Assembly: GCA_977030845.1 (NCBI GenBank)
Contig: OZ365110.1
Location: forward strand, 35,154,001 to 35,218,000
Source: Fimbriosthenelais zetlandica
Taxonomy: Eukaryota
DNA: 64,000 nt
Direction of reading: 5' to 3'
In this document: in pieces, positions 38,001 to 53,000 of the stretch
Position numbering within the stretch: position 1 is the stretch's first letter
How the letters are laid out: every line of letters begins with the position of its first letter
Notes under the pieces: model-generated
Database searches by the model: none
Told to the model about the DNA's origin: nothing
Seen by the model: the letters and a program-made list of their open reading frames with translations, nothing else
Position numbers and translations under genes: made by a program

Positions 38001-41000
38001 CATTTTTCAGGAGTCGGAAACATGGGAGACACGGCTGGCCATTGATATGCCTGTTTGCAGCACCGTGGCCTGGGGGTGTCAGAGAATGGCAAATTTGGAG
38101 AATGCTTGGCTCAATTAAAGTTTGATGAGAGATGACAACTTGGTGTCGTTCAAGCTTGATCAGGCCAAATGAAGTCTAATCATTGACGTTATTGGAGAAG
38201 GGAAGGAAGCAGTGAAAACATTCTAAGATGGCTAATGAGAAATGACTAAATATGGACTCCAATATTAATATACTGTAATGTAATATGTATGGTAAACATA
38301 AATACTATATACTGAAGTGGGTAAAGTAGAATCCAGTATATATGTAACTTACATACATCTGACTTTCTCTCTCTCCCTTTCTATCTGTTACTCTCCTTGT
38401 TTCAGGTTTCTCTTCCTGTCTCCCCCTCTCTATCTCCCTCTCTCCTCTCCATCCCCCCTGCCTCCTCTCTATCCCCCCTGCCATCCTCTCTCTCATACCA
38501 ATGAGGGAATTCTGCTTGAAGACTACTCTCCATGACAGAGAATATTTAGGTACAAAAAGCCCACTTAAATCATTGCAACTTGCTTTGTAAGCATTCGTAC
38601 CAATTGATCCCTGTGGACCGCTGCAGAGGTAGATGGGCTTTAAGCGAGTCCGGGCAAATGAAAAGGGGTCAATATTGCTCAAAGAACGGCTCAGCCACAG
38701 GCAAGATTTGTAGCAATAGGCACTCGTACTGAAACCTCTGATATTTGCCACAAATAAATAATTTCAAAGCAATTAGCAAAAGGCAAAGCAGCCAGAGCCA
38801 AAGAGGGTTTGTAATGAGCAAATATGATATGGCTTTGCAATAAATATGCAGTCTCAATTACATACCCTCTCACTAAAGCGACCATCTCAGATTGCGACCA
38901 TTAAATGGTCAGGGCTACAATGTCTACAGTCTGTTCACTCTAAGTTGATCCGAAACCACCATACATATGCACTGTGGTTTCGGATCAACTTAGAGTGAAC
39001 AGACTGTAGTGACCAACTCATTATCCGGCCATTGAAATGATCAGAAGCAAAATGTCTCAACTCAACTATATATAGGACATACTCATTAAAGTGACCAATG
39101 AATTCTTAGATCCAAAATGTTCATTTAAGACATCTTCACTAAACCGACCATTTCACCATGTACAATGACAATTAATTCTGTCCCATTGGTCAAGATAATA
39201 AGAGCCCACTGTACTGCAATTTAACCAACAGAACAATCAGCCAATTGAGAATATTAGTCTGGCAATATTAAAACAACAATTTTAATTTTCATTGAAGGAT
39301 TAATCTTAGTTTAATGTACCGTGTAACCCTTCAGACTAAAGAGTCAATATCTGTGGCCTGGATCTGTCTGCCCTGGATATTTTCCAGGGCTGAATTCTGG
39401 TTTGTGTTAAATAGGGAAGTTTAATGTTCTGTCTCGCATGCATTTAGTTCTGGGTTTACTCATCAGCTGGCAGCACCTGACAATACAGAGTGAATGGAGG
39501 CTGTTGAAGGTTGGGGATTGCAGGGGAACATCATGCAGTCAACCTTATAAATATCTTGAATGCCGGAGGTTCAGGATTCAAATCCCCAAACATTTTTCAA
39601 ATTTATCATAGTCCTTGTCAACCCAGTGCTGCATGTTAGCTGGGTTATCAAAGGCCAGCCATGTCTCCCACTGTCTATGATACTATCACAGAATGGAAAT
39701 GATGCTAGAGATTCTAATGAAATTACTGGGATACTGACAAAATTTTTGCAGGATGTACTCACTTACGTAAGCAGTTCAGTTTTTCCCAATTGCAATTATC
39801 ATATTTTTATCGTTCTATCTATCTTCAAAGTTTAACAGGCCATGAAAATTGATAGAGCCAATCATTTTGAAATCTAAAGCACCGGTATATGAATAGAGAG
39901 CCACTCTATCAACGCAAGGGACTCTTGAGTATTTACCTTCCTTATAAAACCTTAACTATAGCCTATAGTATAGCAATAGATTCTCTTTTTTAGAACAGCC
40001 TAGGTTGGGAACTAAAGAATAGACCTGTGAACTTATGAGAGTTAAATGGCTTAGTCAATGGGTAATTCATGCGTCTTCGTCCAATAGAAAACTTTTTCTC
40101 ACACCCAGACGGTTCACCGTTGTATTTTAAGCGAAGAAGAAACCAGACTGCTTAAGTTGATAGTATGGATGGAATGCAAGCATAAATCTTAAAGTTACAG
40201 ACTCTAGCCATTCCCTGTAAAGCCTTCCAAATTTCTTCCATTTGATAATCAGAGATCAACTTTGTTTCTATTACATCACTCAATTGCATTGTTTCAATTC
40301 TTATTTTTAAGCAGTACAGGAATATACAATCATTTATTTGCCTTATTTTTCTAATAATGTTGAAGAAATTCCAATCATCCATTGGCCTTGTTTCCCCCCA
40401 AACTATCAAAATTCAAGTCATTCATTGGGCTTTTGACCTTTTTTCTTTCTTTCTTTTATAAAATTCTAATAATTTATTGTATCTTGAAACATTTGACTCT
40501 TGAAACATTTGTTTTTCATAATTAAATGCCCAACACTACCCCAAAGTTATGGCACTTCCACCCATTTTCCACTGGAACAGCCTATAATGAAAGTATAGTT
40601 CTGAGAGGGACACGGAGAATTGGCAGCCAAATATATGGTAAAACTAGCAATGATCTATAATAGATAATGCCAAACGGTCATGGGTTTCATCCACTATGCC
40701 ATGAGAATCGTATGACACATGGGTCCAGTTCAATTCCCCAATCATTTTGCAACTTTGGGATTGTCACTTGGTAACTGGGTTAACAAAGACTGACCTCCCT
40801 GTGATGAGAGGCATAGTACATGTATAAAAGGCGAGCCATGTGTCCCACTGTCTGTGGCGTGAGGCATGTAGGCTACACAAGGCCAGCAATGTATCCCACT
40901 CTCTATGATGAGAGACATAGAATTAGGAACACTGCTTCAAATCAATAATGGTAGTCTTGGGAGAGCCGACAATGTGTTTCTCCTCGTGATATGAATCTAT

Positions 41001-44000
41001 ATCTAGAATATTAAGCACACGTCAACCAAAACCTGGGTGCAGACAGATATGGGTATATGGGTGATGGTAGTAGTATAGTGAATGTGGGGTTTTCCGGTGG
41101 CATCTAGCTGGTAGGATTTAGGTTAAGGTGAGTGGGTGCGGAGTATGGGGGATCGATATGTGGAGCATTCTCTTCATCTCTCTCCTCGTTAGCCAAAACG
41201 AGACAGGTGAGAGGTGCGAGAGAGACAGACAGACAGAGAGAGGATAGAGAGATTGATCGAGAAACAGAGATATACAGACAGGGAATAGAGAAAGGAGAGG
41301 AGAGGGAGGGGGGGGGGGGGGGGGTGGCAGAAAGAGGGAGAGAGGGAGAGATAGAAATGGTGTGAGAGACATGGTGGGGGAGAGAGTTCTGAGCGATGGA
41401 GAAAGAGGGAGTGGGAGGGGTGTACTAAGTCAGCTGTGTCTACCAGAATACCTACAGAATCAATACGATTCTTCTGACTCAGCATAGAAATGAATGACAG
41501 AAATAGTCTCCAAATGTCATGAATGGACCTTAGCGAAAAAGCCACGTAGTGAAATTGTGAGGAAACTGAAAACACAACTGAAAACACTACTAGCCCATAT
41601 GCAGAAGAAAATAATTCCAAAATAAGCATTTTTATAACCTTTATATTCAAATTCATTTGTATAAAATAGTTTTAGAAAGGACTACAATATCCAGAAAAGT
41701 TTGATTGAAATGGTAGAATTTAAGCAAAGTCTACAATTAAGAACTTTGCGACTTTCTGAGTGCCCAAGCATCCCAAGTTACACTTTCATTGTGTTTTTAT
41801 CCCAAAACCATGTAGTATGGTAACGTAAAACCCTGCCCATGGTCCTACTTAGGATTTTTAGCTCGGGGCCAGGCGATGAGAAACGACTAAAGCATGTAAT
41901 AATTGCCATGAGACTTTCAACATGTTCTACCTGAGTTAACCCACATGTAAAGACCCACTATAGAACGAGGGGACCAGAAAGCTACAGTGATTTATACCTA
42001 TTCATCTATTCATATCCATTCACCTATGAGACGACCAAACAAATTAGATTAACCTTGCCTGTTACATGCATAAATTGCTCCCTTGTTAGAGGGATTTGTG
42101 CATGTTAATGATATAGCCTACACAAAGGCCAAACCACAATCTCGCCCGAGCATTTCTTAAATTTACTCGATTCTAAGAAAATGTTATTTTATGTATTTTT
42201 ATGGATCTATACTCGAGACAAGAGTTGCTATGTTTCGGTAGAAAAAAAAATGACATTCTTTCAACTATAATGAATGGTAAATGGAACATGAAATGTTACA
42301 TGAATACTGATACAATGCAAACAAAATCCTTTCAACAAGCCTAAGGGTATGTTCATTTAAAGTGTATGCTTGAGAGTGTATCCGAGAAAATAGTGAAGGT
42401 TTCCTCAAGGCTATATAAATGTGTGACTAATCAGGTATCCAAATACATCAGAAAAGGTATCCATGCACCAGACTGACAGATGCATCTTCAGAGGCCCATT
42501 TCAAAAGGGAAATTAGCAATGTTAAGTCTATGGCTAATTTTCATTTTGAAATGGGCTGCAGACAATTCCGTAAGTCGGTTTAGGAAGACCTAACAAACCG
42601 ACAGGACAAATGGAAAATTGGCAGACTGCTTTTAAAACAATTGGGGATAAGCCATATACAGAGCTTGACAAATCATCTGTTGATCGGGCCGATTTTTGTT
42701 TGTTTTGGCCGTTTTTTGTTTTCTTTTAATCCATCTGTCTGTAGGACGGGTTGGTTTTTATGAGACTATATCTTTGCTGTGACAACAAATCTGCTAGGTG
42801 TGGACTCTAATAATTGTGGCAGTTTCTTATCTGCATTTTTGATGTAAATACGAAACTGATGTACTGAGTGGGATGGGGTGTAGACTATCGTGGTTCGGGG
42901 CACTGGGATCAGAGCCAATTGTTCCTCAGGAGATGCCAGAATATGAACAATACTTTATCACAGACAGTCACCTTGCTCTATGTATATTACTTAACGCCCT
43001 ACTGGTTTACTGAGACTTCCAAAAACTATAGGATGACCTCATATTATACATATGAGAGAATGGAATGAGTAATCAATGATAGAGAAAGGGAGGGAATGTG
43101 AAAGAGACTCAGAGGGGGTGTGTTGAGTGAGACTGAGCGAGAGAGAGGGAGAGAGAGGCTAAATCTCGGAATTCATACATTCTATACAAATGATTGTAGA
43201 AATTAATAAACCTATAGATTTCGGCTGAAATATAGTCCCTGTGGGCCAATCACGATAGTTCAAATATCAGTAATAGTCCCTCTTTAGGTCCAACCACGAC
43301 AATACAATATTTCCCAGTAAAATAAACATAAAATATATGTTTCCATATTCATAATAAAAGTCCTTATCGGCGAATCAGAGATTTCCCCACAAATCATTGA
43401 GGGCCTGCTATAGCACACACTGGCAATACAGATGGTGCATTGTATCATGATAAAATAAACATCAACCATTGATTTCTATAACAACGCCTAGTGATGGCAT
43501 TCTATGTTTACCAACACGAAGCCAGTAATAAGGCCTGCCAACTTGAAGCATGTAAATATGAAGAGAAAATACCCATATAATTCAGGAATAAATTATCAAG
43601 ATATTGCATTTCCTTTTTGGAATAAGAGGACTGTGCACAGTCTTCTGCAGGTTGAGCAAAATCGAGTCTGGGAAGGTTCTTAATGAAAAGACCTCTATCC
43701 CCTTGGGACCCAGATTCTTTGCAATTCAGGCATCCTATTAGTGATGGGAAGATGAATACAGTTGAGTCCCACTAATGCGACAATTGTTGGGATAGAACTA
43801 ATAGTTTTTAATAGTAATGGCTGTATAGCACGATGATCGCTTTAATGAATAGGCTTATGACTTTAAGCCCATGTTTTAAATGCATATTTAGTCACATTTA
43901 TAATAAGAAATCAATATAGTGAGTATGCCTTAGTGGTTACTGGCTCCTCATTCTAGATACCTTATTAGCCAGCAAATAACCAGAAATGAAATGGCATTTT

Positions 44001-47000
44001 TTTCTGATTATACTTTTCTGGGATTATGCAATTTTCAATCCATTTCATATTGTTTATGTCACAAAAGTGAGAACTGGGAAAGGTGTGTCTGCCAAGCGGT
44101 CTATCGATTATGTATTACTAACGCTTCACTTATCTCTGACCTTATTCATTGAGTTATGCTAGTCAGTACTGTGACATTTTCAAATGGACTCCTGCCCAGA
44201 AGCTGCATATTACTGCAGTCTTTTTTTCTCTGGGCAAAAACAACATTCATTCTCCATTTCAATATTATGCCATGCTGTTCTGCATTTTCTCTAGATATAA
44301 TTAGAGAGAAATTGAAACATTTCATGCCGTTTCCAAACGTAGCTTATAGTCGAGTCACAGCATGAAAGATCAATCAATCAGTCTATACTATAGCAACAGC
44401 TACCGACCAGTGAATTTCTAAACAATTTACAAAATGTACACAATAACCAAATATTATTTGTACACTTTGAAATATTATTTGCACATTTTCAAAACGTGTT
44501 ATTTAATAATTTAAATCTTTCAAACAACATTTTCAGTTGCATCATTAATCTTTTCTTGCACAGCCATATCTGTTTTGACATTGGTCTCTTTATAATCTCC
44601 ATCTGTTTATTATCAAAATCACTACCCATTTTTCCAAGATGTGTGAATAACTTTTGGTCATACTGTAAGATAGACCAGCCAATGTATATTAATGAACAAA
44701 AAAACTGCAGTATAGAGCTTGCCTGCACACTAATGATAGCCTACTAGAACGATGGAAATTATGATTGAAAGAAACTTTTTGGAAGGGAATGAATGTAAGA
44801 AAAGGCACTCGGATGAAATGAGATGGTGGGAGGTCAGGTGAGGTGGGTCGAGACTGATTGTATGTGGCACGGTAAATAGAAGGCGATAGAAGGCTATAAT
44901 TTAACGTAATAGCCGTGCTTACATCAATTAACTTGACTTGATGCATAAATCAAACCATTGAAAGTTTCCTTCAATCTGAATATAGAGAGGTATCCATTGC
45001 AGTGGTATTTTCCTTTGCAATTCACTTAAATATCTGGGGAAATAATACAGAATCTTAGCCTCGATCATCGGCCTTATAGGGTAGCATGTATGTAATATAA
45101 TTATATATTCACATGATAGCATGAAAGAAACTGCTTAGTAACCTCAAGACAATACAAAATGTGCTATCCCATCTGTTCTATAGAGTACATCTCAACTCCT
45201 ATCCATCTATTCTTCAATATAGAACACAAACCCAGGTAAATCTTTGGGGCGATCGGTAGAACTATACTTAATTATTGACGAACGTTTCAGGACAATTTTT
45301 AGAAGAACTGCAGAAAATATTTTTACATATTGCCAAGTGAATGGTATGGAAAGTATAGTTAGAACTCACCACTACCATGAAGATGGAACCATCGTATATG
45401 GGCGACTCTGGCACAGGTGTGGTGGGAGCACTGCGGGATTTCCTCCCATTCCCAAATATATCCAAATCCATATTTGCCTTAGACATAGTTAACCGCTCAA
45501 AATCCTGTTACAGAATCCATCGGATCTCTCCTATCCACTCAGCCCCTTTATAGATCCTTATTATGGATTAGTACCCCTGTATAGGGTTCAGGTTTGACCC
45601 CCCTGTCTATGGAACCCTGGAGAAGGGATGGTGGTATGTATGCCCCTTCTGACACCACTGTGTTACCTCCAGGGTGTGTCTGTGTGTGTTACTGACGGTT
45701 TGTGTGTAATCCAGGTAGGTAGAGGCTCAATGCACCCCCCTCACCTCTGACTGCCTCCTCCAGCCCCCTATAGTACCATGGAGGAAAGATAGGCTCCAGT
45801 ATTACACTACTGGCAGCAGGTAGAACTTCCCTCACCCACCCTCTCCTCCTGTATCAGAACTATCTGCACCTGGCAACCGTATATCCCATCAACAGTATGG
45901 ATAGTGAAGGTGTATTAATTTGGTTTTTCACTATTTGAATGGGCCCTGATGCCTTCATATGTTGTCCAGTGTATACACATACAGGTATGTACAGCCTTTG
46001 TCCTGCTGACTATGTATAGGCGAGATGCTTAAAAATCCATACATGGATCTATATGTGTGTCCACAACAAGTGCAAGTGATCCCGAGTCATCCTACGTGTT
46101 AACTGATCCAACTTGCAAGTCTATTATACCGAGTTTGCCTCCAGCAAGATGCATGACATTATCGGCTAAAGTACTAAGATGCGTTGGAGATCTGGAGGCC
46201 AGATTTGTGTTTATATCAGATGGAAAATAGTATACAGCCAGAGATAAACCGTCCAGGGTGTTGATTTGATCCTTAAGGGTTATTTGGATCTTGATTAAAC
46301 TGACCCAATTCAGCATCAATCTTTTTTTCAACTGGGGTAAAAAAAATACAGGGTAGTCGTTCAGATGTAGGCCTCTGTGTATAATGAATCAGGCGTGAAG
46401 AAGACTGCCCTATTTTTTTTTCTCCTCCCGATTTTTTTTGTGATGAGTGATAGGTATAGAGGTATGGTATGGGGTAAAAGATCCAAAAGTATGAGGCTTC
46501 CAAGGATGAGATTCGGTGTGGTAGACTAGAATGCCATGGTGGTATATGTGAACGAATGCTAGAGGTGAAAGTTTGGCTCCTCACTCAAAAGAGGGCCATA
46601 CATCCAGCCTTGTTTCGTACCAAGGGAAGCTTGCCAGATACGAGATACCCCAGTTATGAGTGAAAAGGCCAGCCAGCCATTCATGCTATGGAATAATTGG
46701 GGAATAGAAGACAGTTCCAAATGAGACACATTAGGTTATAATATGGTATAGTTTGGTTATTATCCGAGTGCTAAGCAATTGGCTTGGATGTGGAAAAATA
46801 ATTGGTTGAGTGCAGGGTCAAGGGATAATTCAATATCACGTTTATACGCTGTGAAATTGGGTTATGTGCACAAATGAGTATTTTTTTAATTGTTTTTCCC
46901 TGAAAACAGGATATCCTGGGCATCTAAAAGCCTTGAATGAATCCAGTAAGTCTCTTTCTTCAATCTCAGTTGTTGAACTTGAAGTGGATGAATTTCTTGC

Positions 47001-50000
47001 TCGATCCTTCCCTTTTCAGTTGTTCAAGTGGGCTTGGAATTATGTCTCTCCTCACTTGCTGTCCCTCCCCTTAGTTGTTCAAGTGATTTTGAAATTATTT
47101 CCCATTTCACTTGCTGTCCCCTCCTTTAGTTGTTCAAGTGATTTTGGAATAATTTCCCTTCTCATTCGCTCTCCCTCGCTTTAGTTGTTCAAGTGGATTG
47201 GGAATAATAATTTCTCTCCTTCTGAGAGTCTCCTTCCCTAGTCATTGTTGGTACATAAAGGTATGAGCCGGTACACCTGACAAAAGGAACTTGTGATCCT
47301 CAGATCACCACACGTCCACACCTATAGTTGCCAAGCAACCAGCGAACCTTCCCCCATAGAAACCAAGCATATTTCACTCGGTCACAACTGGCCCTGTAAA
47401 TTACAGCTTGGTTCACTGGACCACCTGTAAAGGCTCTTCAGATACATCAAAATTGTCAATGGATGCTCGTTGCTGGAAGAGGTGAAAATATATAAAGCGC
47501 GTCCAATTGAAATGGACCAACAAAAGATTGGCCTGCAAAAAGGGTCGGCCGGTCTTTTCTTCAGGTTGGATGGAGGGTGGTGGCACTGCATGCTGCTTCA
47601 GGAGGCCGAATCAGAGCAGAAAGAAGAAATTTTCTCGTCGGGAGATAAAATCTTGATTTTTGTTTTGTTTGTAAAGTATTATGACATGTTGTTTCCTAAG
47701 GCTTGGATGTATAGCTAAAGGTTACAGAGTATGCAATGGGATGGATGGAGCACAGGGTTTTTATGATTTGTTTTTTTAAACGATGGTACAGAATCTCTTG
47801 TGGGGGGTCAAGTGAACTAGGTTGAGCATTTGTACTATTATTAACCTTATTCTGTGGCATTGGTTTATTAGGCTCAACTTCATGATTTTCTATTTATTAT
47901 TCTCTCACTTCAACGCTCAATATATCTGTCATGAACTAATAGTAATAATGTACCTGGCACCAAATATCAAAATATCAAAAACAGTTTTTTTCAGCGCTCC
48001 TAATTAATTTCTCTCAAACTTTTGAACAGTTTAGAATTGTTCAGATCCTGCAATATCAGGAAGTCTGTAATATTATAAACATCATTTATCTAATAAAGAC
48101 CCGGGGCTTATTTCATAACAATGCTTTAACCTATGGTTGTGAAACAGGCCCCAGGATCTGTTTTATATTAACGAAGCGAAACCTTAATTATAATTAATCT
48201 AGTGAAATGACAAAATTGCTCAAACCTTCCACCCATCTCAATTTCTATAGAATATGTCATGAAAAACTTACTTTTTGGCTGTACATGTATATTTCACAAA
48301 CTATGCACAAAATATTCATATAAGGCAATTATATTAATGATCAATAACTACCTTGATTTGGCGGAGCTCCATCCCTGTGTATACTTTGAGTTACCGGACC
48401 CTACTACCGAATGTCAACCCCTGCCATGCCTTATATTATACACACATGTATACATACATACTCGCATCTCACCCTTATTGACACGATAACCAAAATAGCC
48501 CAAGTGAACACAATATACTAACACAAGCCATTGACTCCCTACAGGCCAGCCTGCCAAGCCAGGGAGAGGGATGGATGGCATGGGGCTGATGGACAGTTAA
48601 AAAGTCCACCTCGTGGCTATGTCTGAACTACGAAACCTCAGGCAAAAATGTCAATTTATGTATGTAAATTTTCGTGTAACACAGAAATGCCCTGGGTGTC
48701 TGGAGTACCAATATAATTTATAAACATTTTTAACCCATGAAATGAATGGATTTATATCGTAATCTTTCACTGAAAACAGAGCAATAGGATGGGCTTCTTG
48801 CTCAGTCTATAAGTTTATTAAGTACTGTAATTATGTACCCATAAAAATCATCTTTAAATCAGATGAATTATATCAACAGAAACTTATTGTTTTTTTGAAA
48901 AGTGTTTAAAAATGGGGAATGGATGGTCTTTTGCTGATGGTGCCACCTATCGATAATACGTGGAACATGAACAATTGGTATCGAACAAGTTTCAGAGATC
49001 ATTTTTCAAACAACATATCGGAGGGGTTGAAATAAACATAGCCTAAACAATTGTTATATCAGAATCTTTGTTATCTCTGATCATTCACAATGATATGGAA
49101 AAAGTTGTGTATATTTCCTTTAATTTCAAAATGGCAGTGTCCCCGCAGAAGTGACAATCAAATTCCAGGACTTTTCCAAGATTTTCAAGGACCAAAATTT
49201 TCTTTTTTTGTCACGGCGTTGAAGCCGAGTCAACTGGAAGACTGACATAGCGGCAAGACAACCGAGAGGTCTCATCTTGTCAATGAAGAGACAATCTTAC
49301 TGGCTTCCATTTGTACAAGGACTGTACAAATTTGCTATTTATAATGACAAGATTTCAGGACTTTTCCATAACTTTCCATGACAACTATTTTTTTCAAGGT
49401 TTTTCAAGGATCTTCCAGGACTGTAGAAACTCTGCTAAAACCAGGCACAAGTGCTTGGAGACCCAAAACAATTATTGCTTGAAGATGAGTCCCAAATTCA
49501 TCCCAGAGAAACAATTTTCCCCATAAATTACAAAGGCTTAGAATAACATTGTGTTGACCTCTATTTCACCCTACCTCTCTCCGGGGACTCATTGATTTCA
49601 TGTTATCCTGCTGTCCAGGCCTGAATACGGCAGTTTACCCAGCTGTTTTACATACATTGAACTTTTAAATTGGAGATGATTTTTCAATGATATATGTATA
49701 CACTTTATGTAAATAAGTTCACAATATGAATATACGATGAGTACTGCTTTGTAATACATGTGTATAATAAATAGACCACTACGCAGCAAGTGTGCTATCT
49801 ACAATGCAGTCATTGTGAATTTATAGTTTTGGTAATTTCAAATCATTAGGGACATTAGGACAAAAACTGTAGGCTAACCTGGTAGTCAAAACCAGCCAGC
49901 CAAGTGAACTGGGCATTAATTCTGCATATTAGTCATAATTTCTAAATGGGATATCCGATAATTAAGTTCATCAATTAGCCAATTATACTTCACGCAATCA

Positions 50001-53000
50001 AATATTGAATAGATTCTATTTTTGATGACAAAGAAATTATGTTTGTGACACCTACTTTTCTGAGTTAATAGTTCATTTTTACATTTGTCGCACAAAGCAA
50101 ATCAAAATTTGAACATACATGTAGGGTCAGAGTTTACGTATCATGGAATTACTATTTAGAATAAATTAATTACCACAACAAGTGGTCAAAGGTAGCAAGC
50201 ATGTGTATGTTTAGATCACTTCTGGGCATAAATAACACCTAGTAAATAACAGCTGGGGGCAGGGGGGCTGTCCCATAAATACAAAGATTCACTCCATCAT
50301 GCTAAATTGGTTATGGGTCTATGGTCGTTTTTCTTCTGAAACAACCCCTCAAACCGGCCGACCCATCCTGGAAGTGTCCAGGATGTACGGTGTGTGTGGG
50401 AGGAGGGTGGGTTGAGGGTGGGGGTTTGGTTGTGAAATGTTTTGGGGTGGTGGTTGCTTGCGGGGTATTTCTTAGCATCGAGTTGCTTGTAGCATCCAGC
50501 AAATATTTACTCGATGGTTGTAGTGACAGGCAACAAGTTTTTCACTCAGTATAACTTGTATTACAAATAGTTTGTGATAGTTGAAATCAATATCAATATT
50601 TTTTAGGGGTTGGGGGGGGGGGGGGGGGGGGGATTGGGCAGGGGTATGATTTTGGTTTGTACGGTTGGTGGGAGTGTGGGTGTTTGGGGGGGGGGGGGGT
50701 GAAGGGATGGGAGACAGTGGAGGTTGGGAGTTTGGGGGGAGGGTTGCCTGGTAAATCGGGGGTATTACTAATAGAAGTGCATGCCTCACCCCCATCCTCC
50801 AGCCAAGTATAATCTGCCTTTTTAGCTGTGAACACCTGTCAGTTGGACACCTAGCAGATCCCTGCCCCACCTCCAGCCAGAGATAAACAATCCCTCACCC
50901 TACCCCTCCTCCTCCAGTGTATTTACCTCCTCCTCCAGTGACTCCATCCCACCCATAAAACATACAATATACAAAACATCCACCTATATAGCATACACAC
51001 CACCTCTATACTTACGGTGGGTGCCAGAAATATTCAATCAATTTACCATTTATGATTAGCGGCAAAATCTGAGATTTTACAGCTCTTCCTGACTGAAAAG
51101 AACAGCATTCTGTCCATAGTCATAGAGCACAGGTATATTCAAATTATGCATTTGGGCTATCACGAACAGCTGCATTTTTTTTAGATTTAAAGTACTATCA
51201 GTTCCATCAAAGACAGAGTGGCATAGTGGCACTAAATGTATATTAGATCAAGAGAGATTTACCAAGAAGCTATTAGCAAACAGTTACCTAAGACTGATTT
51301 CAATGGTACCGTAGGTTTTTCTTCAGGCCTACATCTTATCCAAACACATGAAAGTTTATAGCCAAGTGATGAAAACATCAAACCTAAGACTAGTAGGGGT
51401 GAAGTGGATGATTCAATACTAAAAGACTGATTTCTAATGAAATTGATTACAATATCTATGGATTTTCAAAAAGAAAGAATCTATAGAAAGGTTAAGATTA
51501 TAGTTGCTGAGCCCATGAACATTTTTGCTGTATCGTAAATGCTTATATATACTTGCTGAAGAGAGCTCTGCTTGTTGCTATAACATCTTCTCTCCCTATA
51601 GCTCCCTTCTATCACCTGGCCCAGTTCCTTCTGATATGCGTCTGCACATCTTCATGTATGTAAGCAGGCCTAGTTTCCCAAGATTATGGACGGCCCCTTC
51701 CTCGATCCCAATATGCCAGTGTATAGTGTGCGGTACACTACTTCAAATAAATGTTCGCTACTTTTATTGATATTGAATTTGTGATTTTAACAAGATTTAG
51801 ACAATTACAATGGATACAAAGGAATTTCTATAGGGGTATTTAATTTATAAATATTCTTGTCTTGAATTTGTACGATGGATGGCATTTCAGATGATCTTTC
51901 TTGAAGAAAGTCTGATATAGATTAAATATATAACAATGCCACTAATTCAATAGAATTTGAATGATTTGCTAATGCTGCACCAACTTTCATTTGGTGATTT
52001 TTCTGGGAGGGATTTTTTTGCTTCTAGAGTGGAAAACAATGAATAAGCTAATGCACAGGTCTAAGTATGCTTAGCTTGCTAATTGATGTCCCTCTTAAAT
52101 ACAGTTCAAAATGGGATGCAAATGGCCATTATTAATGACTTTGCAATGGATGTTTTACATTGGCAATTATCTGGCCAATTATCACTGGCGGGAACAATTT
52201 GTGGCCGGGCAATGGTCTAGACTTGGATGCCAGATGCTTGCTTCCACACTAGTATTGGTGCCCCTTACACCTGTAGCATCTGGTTTGGTCCTATAGCATG
52301 GAACCTATTAGGCAACTTAAGCTTCTTTGCTTGGGGACCTCCAATAACTAATCAAATAATGAGAATGCGTGAGCTCCAAGAGGATTTCATGATTTGGCTT
52401 CCTATTTTTGGTAAGTGGGTTGGTCTTTTTTGCCAATTAAGAGGGGTCTGCAATGCAGTGAAAGTGTGTTTATTGGGAATAAGGAACTATACTGGTGCCT
52501 ATTAGGAAGCATTAATAAACTGGCTGAGCACTAAATAACTTAGGAGCTGTACAGGAAATAGTCTTTAGTTCTTTTGCCATGTCATGAGGGCCACTATAAT
52601 TATAATCACTGGTATGCCATTACAAGTAAAGTTAGCTGAATAAATCTGTCCTGACATTTCCCTGACTTTCCCTTTAATTATCTGACTTTTTCAGTATTTG
52701 CTCCAATGCTAGAGCGAGGAACCTATTAGGCAATTTAAGCACCACATGCAAAATGCTTGATTTTCCCACAGTTTTTTCGGAACCGTTTCGAACTAGATTT
52801 GAATTGAAATATTCAATTTTGCCAAAAGGAAGATATTCATGACGGAGACCTATAATCTCAATACATACGGACATCATACATGTATACGGAATTTAATTAT
52901 TAAATGATAATATATCATTTAATTGTGTAACAGAAGTATGGACTTGTAGGGAATAAACTTTTACCTGCGTAATTTTCATTTTACAATGCATGACCTAATT

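Noticed and set aside
35065-41656. Long L/S/P-rich or R/E-rich ORFs (35065-35699, 37195-37531, 38305-38751, 41118-41656)
   Set aside because: Largely produced by TC/GA low-complexity tracts that lack stop codons.
44689-44946. SIYRATY, resembling a SAXO Mn motif, in an intronic ORF
   Set aside because: The acceptor gives phase 2 and the donor is poor; incompatible with the phase-0 flanking exons.
46092-46331. Protein-like minus ORF ending at AC|GTAGGA
   Set aside because: Phase-2 donor, weak acceptor, no ATG start and no homology recognised.
46995-47235. Minisatellite as a coding repeat (PLEQLK...)
   Set aside because: A period of 55 is not a multiple of 3, so every frame hits stops.
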